Source: an uncultured bacterium (GTDB lineage Bacteria; UBP14; UBA6098; B30-G16). Taken from it: a stretch of DNA of 20,984 nt. Shown here one piece after another: positions 17,593 through 20,984 of this stretch (the first letter of the stretch is position 1; each line of letters begins with the position of its first letter). The notes below the pieces were generated by a model. The model searched no databases, was not told the origin of the DNA, and was given only the letters and a program-made list of their open reading frames with translations. The position numbers were made by a program, and so were the translations under genes. The stretch covers positions 1-20,984 of the forward strand of contig CBEVQY010000037.1 of NCBI GenBank assembly GCA_965552135.1, read 5' to 3'.

Positions 17593-18231
17593 ATGGTTCG
17601 CGGGGCGAGGTGGCTTTTTGTGATTTTGCTTTTGGGCGTCCTTTTGGGCTTGGTTCAGGCGGCTCCGAAGGAGGAAAAGCCCCTTTCGGGCAAGAAGGTT
17701 TTGTTCGTGGTTGCGCCCAAGAACTTCCGCGACGAGGAGCTTTTGGAAACCGAAAAGATCCTTTCGGGCTATGGCGCCAAAAGCACCCTCGCTTCGACCA
17801 CTAAGGGCAACGTCGTGGGGATGCTTGGCGCCGTCGTCAGGCCCAACGCCCTGCTCTCCGAGGTCGATCCCAAGGATTACGACGTCGTCGTTTTCGTTGG
17901 CGGCTCGGGCTGCCCCGTCCTGTGGGACAACGAGGATGCGCATAGGATCGCCCAGGAGGCTTACAAGGCCGGCAAGCTTGTTGCGGCGATCTGCCTTGCG
18001 CCCGTTATCCTCGCCCGCGCCGGGCTGCTTAAGGACTGTAAGGCGACGGTCTTTGAAACCGCCAAGGGCGAGCTCGTCAAGGGCGGCGCCAAGTACGTCG
18101 AAAAAAGCGTGGTTCGGTGCGGCAGGATCATCACCGCGAACGGTCCCAAGGCTGTTCGCCGGTTCGCCGAGGCGATAAAGGAGGCGCTTACCGAAAAGCC
18201 CCAGCAGAAGCCCTCCTCCGAGTCGAAGTAG
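17593..18231 (+). CDS. DJ-1/PfpI family protein with a predicted N-terminal signal peptide
   Basis: Motifs KKVLFVVAPKNFRDEE, YDVVVFVGGSG, nucleophile elbow AAICLAP, AGLLK and GRIITANGP. Start MVRGARWLFVILLLGVLLGLVQA follows GGAGG. Confidence 0.9.
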   Translation: MVRGARWLFVILLLGVLLGLVQAAPKEEKPLSGKKVLFVVAPKNFRDEELLETEKILSGYGAKSTLASTTKGNVVGMLGAVVRPNALLSEVDPKDYDVVVFVGGSGCPVLWDNEDAHRIAQEAYKAGKLVAAICLAPVILARAGLLKDCKATVFETAKGELVKGGAKYVEKSVVRCGRIITANGPKAVRRFAEAIKEALTEKPQQKPSSESK

Positions 18232-18242
18232 GGGCGATTTGG

Positions 18243-18929
18243 ATGCCAGGACCGCTTCTCAGGCTCAGGCTTCCCAGCTGTCTTTCGCTCTTCTGCGCGG
18301 CGCTTGAGGTGAAGTCGATGCCGCCGCAAGAGGTCCTCGCAAAGCACTTCGAAGGTCGGGAGGATGGGCTGCCCGGGAGGCTGGTTTGGCTCAATCAGGT
18401 TCACGGGCGGAGGGTTTTGGTCGTCGGCGACGACGCGGATCGCGTCGTTGGTGCCTCCGCCGACGGCGTGGTGGTCAGAACTCCAGGCGTGGCTGCCGCG
18501 ATAAGCGTTGCCGACTGCGCTCCAGTCGCCATCGCGGATGAGGCGGGGGAGGCGTTTGCGCTTATCCACGCCGGTTGGCGCGGCGCGGAAGCCGGCATAG
18601 TGGAGGCTGCGCTGGAGTCCCTGGAGCAGGCCGGAGTTTCACCTGGGCGCACCGTAGCGTACATAGGACCTGCCATCGCACCAAGCGAATACGAGGTCTC
18701 GCCGGAGTTTGCGGAAAAATTCCCGAACTCCACCTTCGCGCTCGACGGACGAACTTTTATGGACCTTCCGGGCGAAATCGAAAGGAGGCTTAGGAGAGGC
18801 GGTGTGGAGCGCATCTTTCGCTTCCCCTTCTCCACGTACTCGACGAGCTGGCTTCACTCCTTTCGCCGCGACGGGGGCTGCGGAAGGAACAGGTTCATCT
18901 TTTGGCGCGTTTTGAGGGAGGGAAGATGA
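18243..18929 (+). CDS. pgeF: PgeF/YfiH (laccase-domain, purine nucleoside phosphorylase-like) family protein
   Basis: Motifs LNQVHG, ADG, VADCAPV, IHAGWRG, IGPAI...YEV and HSFRRDG..GR. Likely start ATG 18243. Confidence 0.88.
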   Translation: MPGPLLRLRLPSCLSLFCAALEVKSMPPQEVLAKHFEGREDGLPGRLVWLNQVHGRRVLVVGDDADRVVGASADGVVVRTPGVAAAISVADCAPVAIADEAGEAFALIHAGWRGAEAGIVEAALESLEQAGVSPGRTVAYIGPAIAPSEYEVSPEFAEKFPNSTFALDGRTFMDLPGEIERRLRRGGVERIFRFPFSTYSTSWLHSFRRDGGCGRNRFIFWRVLREGR

Positions 18930-20984
18930 GACTTTTCGCGTCGCTCGTTCTGCTTTCGTCCCTGCTTTTGGCGCAGGGTGGGTTCAGGTATCCTCTGGTC
19001 ACCGATGGCGGCGTCGTTTTCGCGGGCGATTACCGCGGCGCGGGGATCTTCGCCCTCCGCCCCGGAGACGCGCCCCGAGCCGTTGGCGATCCAAGCGAGT
19101 CGAGGGCGAGGGGGATGTCCCTTTGGCGCGGGATGCTCCTCTTCAAGCGGATCAACGAAGACTACCAAATCCCCTGCGCCTACGATGTGAGGACTGGCAG
19201 GCTTTTGGAGCTTTTGCCGCCTGCGCGAAGTGCAGGTCCGCCTCGTGCGCTTGGGGAAAGCCTTGTCATCCCCTACGGCGAGGCTCTCGTCCTCTGGCGC
19301 GACGGGCGCGTGATCAGGCGCTACGTGCTGGGCACGCCGATTCAGTGGGTTGCAGTAGATAGCGTGAACAGGCGCGCAGCCTTCGTCGACGATGCGGCAT
19401 ATCTGTGCCTGCTTGACCTTGAAACCGGCGCCGTGGAGCGGATCGCAGTCGAGGTGGGCTATCGCCCCAGGTTCTCCGCCGACGGTTCGAGGATCGCGCT
19501 CTGCGGACCCGACGGTGTGGTCGTCATCGACCCTGGAAGCGGCGACAGGTTCGACTTCCCCGACGGACGACGCTTCGCCTGGGACACCAGGGGTCCCGGC
19601 CTCTTCGTCCAGAGGACGATCGACGAAGGGCTGCGGTACGTCGACTCGGACATTTGGTACTGGGTCCCCGGCGGTGTTGCGCACAGGTTGACGAACACGC
19701 CCGAACTCTACGAGGGGCATCCGTCCGTTTCGCCGAACGGCGAATGGCTTTCCTTCGTCGCGATGCCGCAGGGCGACGTCTACCGCGCACGCGTCGCAAG
19801 AGATGGCTATGTGAGACTCGGAGAGATCGAGCTTGTTGCGCCCGGAAATTTGTGCCCAGCCTTTGAGCCGAAAAAGCCTCGCCCGAAAGCCAAGTCGGAC
19901 GTTTGGGTACCCTACCTGCATCAGAAGTGGGACACGCCCGATTGGTTCAACGGCAGCTGGAGCTGCGGACCATCGTCCTGCCTTATGGCGGTGCAGCGGT
20001 ATTCGCTCCTGCCTCCTCACACGATAACTTGCTCGTCGCCTTACACACATACCCACGACTTCGGCTGGTACGTGCCGAACGAGTATACGTTCAACGGCTA
20101 CACCTACGACATTTTGGGTCTTGCGCCCGGCGACACCTGGGTTCCGGGGGCTCACGGGTTCATCTGCCGCGAGTACGGCGCCGCCGTGTGGGCGTACATG
20201 GTCGACTTCCTGAATCAGCACACCCTATCGTCCTGGGAGGCGGGCGTAGCCTGGAGCACGTTCACCGCCGAGATCGACTCGGGCTGGCCCGTCGTTGCTT
20301 CGACGAACACAATAGGCTACGGGCACATCCAGTGCTTCCGCGGATACTTCTACAACCACGCCATAATCTCCAACGATCCCTACGGTGACGCGAACGTTTC
20401 GCCCTGGGGTCAATACAACGGAGAGGCGTGCTACTACGACTGGCCCGGATACGACAACGGCTTCGTCGAGCTTGACATAAGACAGCTTTTCACCGCGCGG
20501 CACGGCTACACTCCCCCTGCTGCCGATACGCTCGTCGACGACCTCTCCGATGGTTTCTTGCCGCAGGGTCCGGGGCGGTACTGGCGCGCGTGCGCCGCAG
20601 GCTTCCAAAGCCACTTCTTCTGGACGAAAACGATATCCTCGGGGGACGACGTCAACTACGCTACGTGGACGCCAGTCCTTCCGGCCGAGGGGTCGTACGA
20701 GGTGTTCGTCTACATCCCCGCCGACTACTCCACCGCCCTGGCGCGCTACAGGATCGTGCGGGCAGCGGGTGAGGACACGGTGCTTGTCGATCAATCCGCC
20801 TTCAGCGACGAGTGGGTCAGCCTCGGCACCTACGACCTCTCCCCGGGCGACTACCTTTACGTGGGCGATGTTACCGGCACCACGGGTCAGTACCTCGCCT
20901 GCGATGCCGCGCTTTTCAGGTGGCTTTCCTCATCCGTCATCGTCGACGACGGCGACCCCGGCTTCACCTGCGGCGGAACGTGGT
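18926..20984 (+). CDS. Secreted multidomain protein (partial, >686 aa): signal peptide, TolB-like beta-propeller, C39-like cysteine peptidase, tandem Golvesin/Xly CBM-like domains
   Basis: Manual translation from ATG 18926 (ATGA overlap with pgeF) stays open to the window end. It reads MRLFASLVLLSSLLLAQG; RPRFSADGSRIAL; RLTNTPELYEGHPSVSPNGEWLSFV; VPYLHQKWDTPDWFNGSWSCGPSSCLMA; EIDSGWPVV..GYGHIQCFRGY..ISNDPYG; ATWTPVLPAEGSYEVFVY..VDQSAFSDEWVSLGTY..ACDAALF; VIVDDGDPGF. Confidence 0.88.
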   Translation, partial: MRLFASLVLLSSLLLAQGGFRYPLVTDGGVVFAGDYRGAGIFALRPGDAPRAVGDPSESRARGMSLWRGMLLFKRINEDYQIPCAYDVRTGRLLELLPPARSAGPPRALGESLVIPYGEALVLWRDGRVIRRYVLGTPIQWVAVDSVNRRAAFVDDAAYLCLLDLETGAVERIAVEVGYRPRFSADGSRIALCGPDGVVVIDPGSGDRFDFPDGRRFAWDTRGPGLFVQRTIDEGLRYVDSDIWYWVPGGVAHRLTNTPELYEGHPSVSPNGEWLSFVAMPQGDVYRARVARDGYVRLGEIELVAPGNLCPAFEPKKPRPKAKSDVWVPYLHQKWDTPDWFNGSWSCGPSSCLMAVQRYSLLPPHTITCSSPYTHTHDFGWYVPNEYTFNGYTYDILGLAPGDTWVPGAHGFICREYGAAVWAYMVDFLNQHTLSSWEAGVAWSTFTAEIDSGWPVVASTNTIGYGHIQCFRGYFYNHAIISNDPYGDANVSPWGQYNGEACYYDWPGYDNGFVELDIRQLFTARHGYTPPAADTLVDDLSDGFLPQGPGRYWRACAAGFQSHFFWTKTISSGDDVNYATWTPVLPAEGSYEVFVYIPADYSTALARYRIVRAAGEDTVLVDQSAFSDEWVSLGTYDLSPGDYLYVGDVTGTTGQYLACDAALFRWLSSSVIVDDGDPGFTCGGTW

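Noticed and set aside
3609..18570. Scattered DnaA-box-like 9-mers (TTTTCCACA at 3609, TTATCCACG at ~12892 and ~18562)
   Set aside because: Isolated, inside coding sequence and not clustered, so they are not evidence for oriC.
18854..20221. 455-aa minus-strand ORF, and the 20225-20794 ORF
   Set aside because: Antisense shadows of the plus-strand gene starting at 18926, which has a signal peptide and recognisable domains. They have no motifs of their own.

Overview
Chromosomal, GC-rich bacterial housekeeping region with no mobile element, CRISPR array or rRNA. Positions 1-17454 are one continuous minus-strand run. In transcription order it holds tRNA-Arg(ACG); a three-subunit biotin-dependent acyl-CoA carboxylase (carboxyltransferase, biotin carboxylase, biotin carrier); a split-type methylmalonyl-CoA mutase large subunit and methylmalonyl-CoA epimerase; a partial Bat cluster (membrane protein, batA, batB); dnaA, purH and pyrD; a ~725-aa uncharacterised helical/HEAT-like protein; pdxA; a phosphomannomutase; and the 5' end of a HemW-like radical SAM gene. 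Divergent on the plus strand are a DJ-1/PfpI protein with a signal peptide, a PgeF/YfiH-family protein, and a large secreted protein that the ORF track misses (18926 to beyond the window end; beta-propeller, C39-like cysteine peptidase, tandem Golvesin/CBM-like modules). The most unusual points are the dnaA, which has no dnaN/rpmH neighbours or DnaA-box cluster, carries an altered QEEFFH motif and heads purH-pyrD; the three-gene plus-strand module; and the Bat cluster without MoxR/DUF58, attached to propionyl-CoA genes. All family calls come from motifs recognised by eye, not from database searches.
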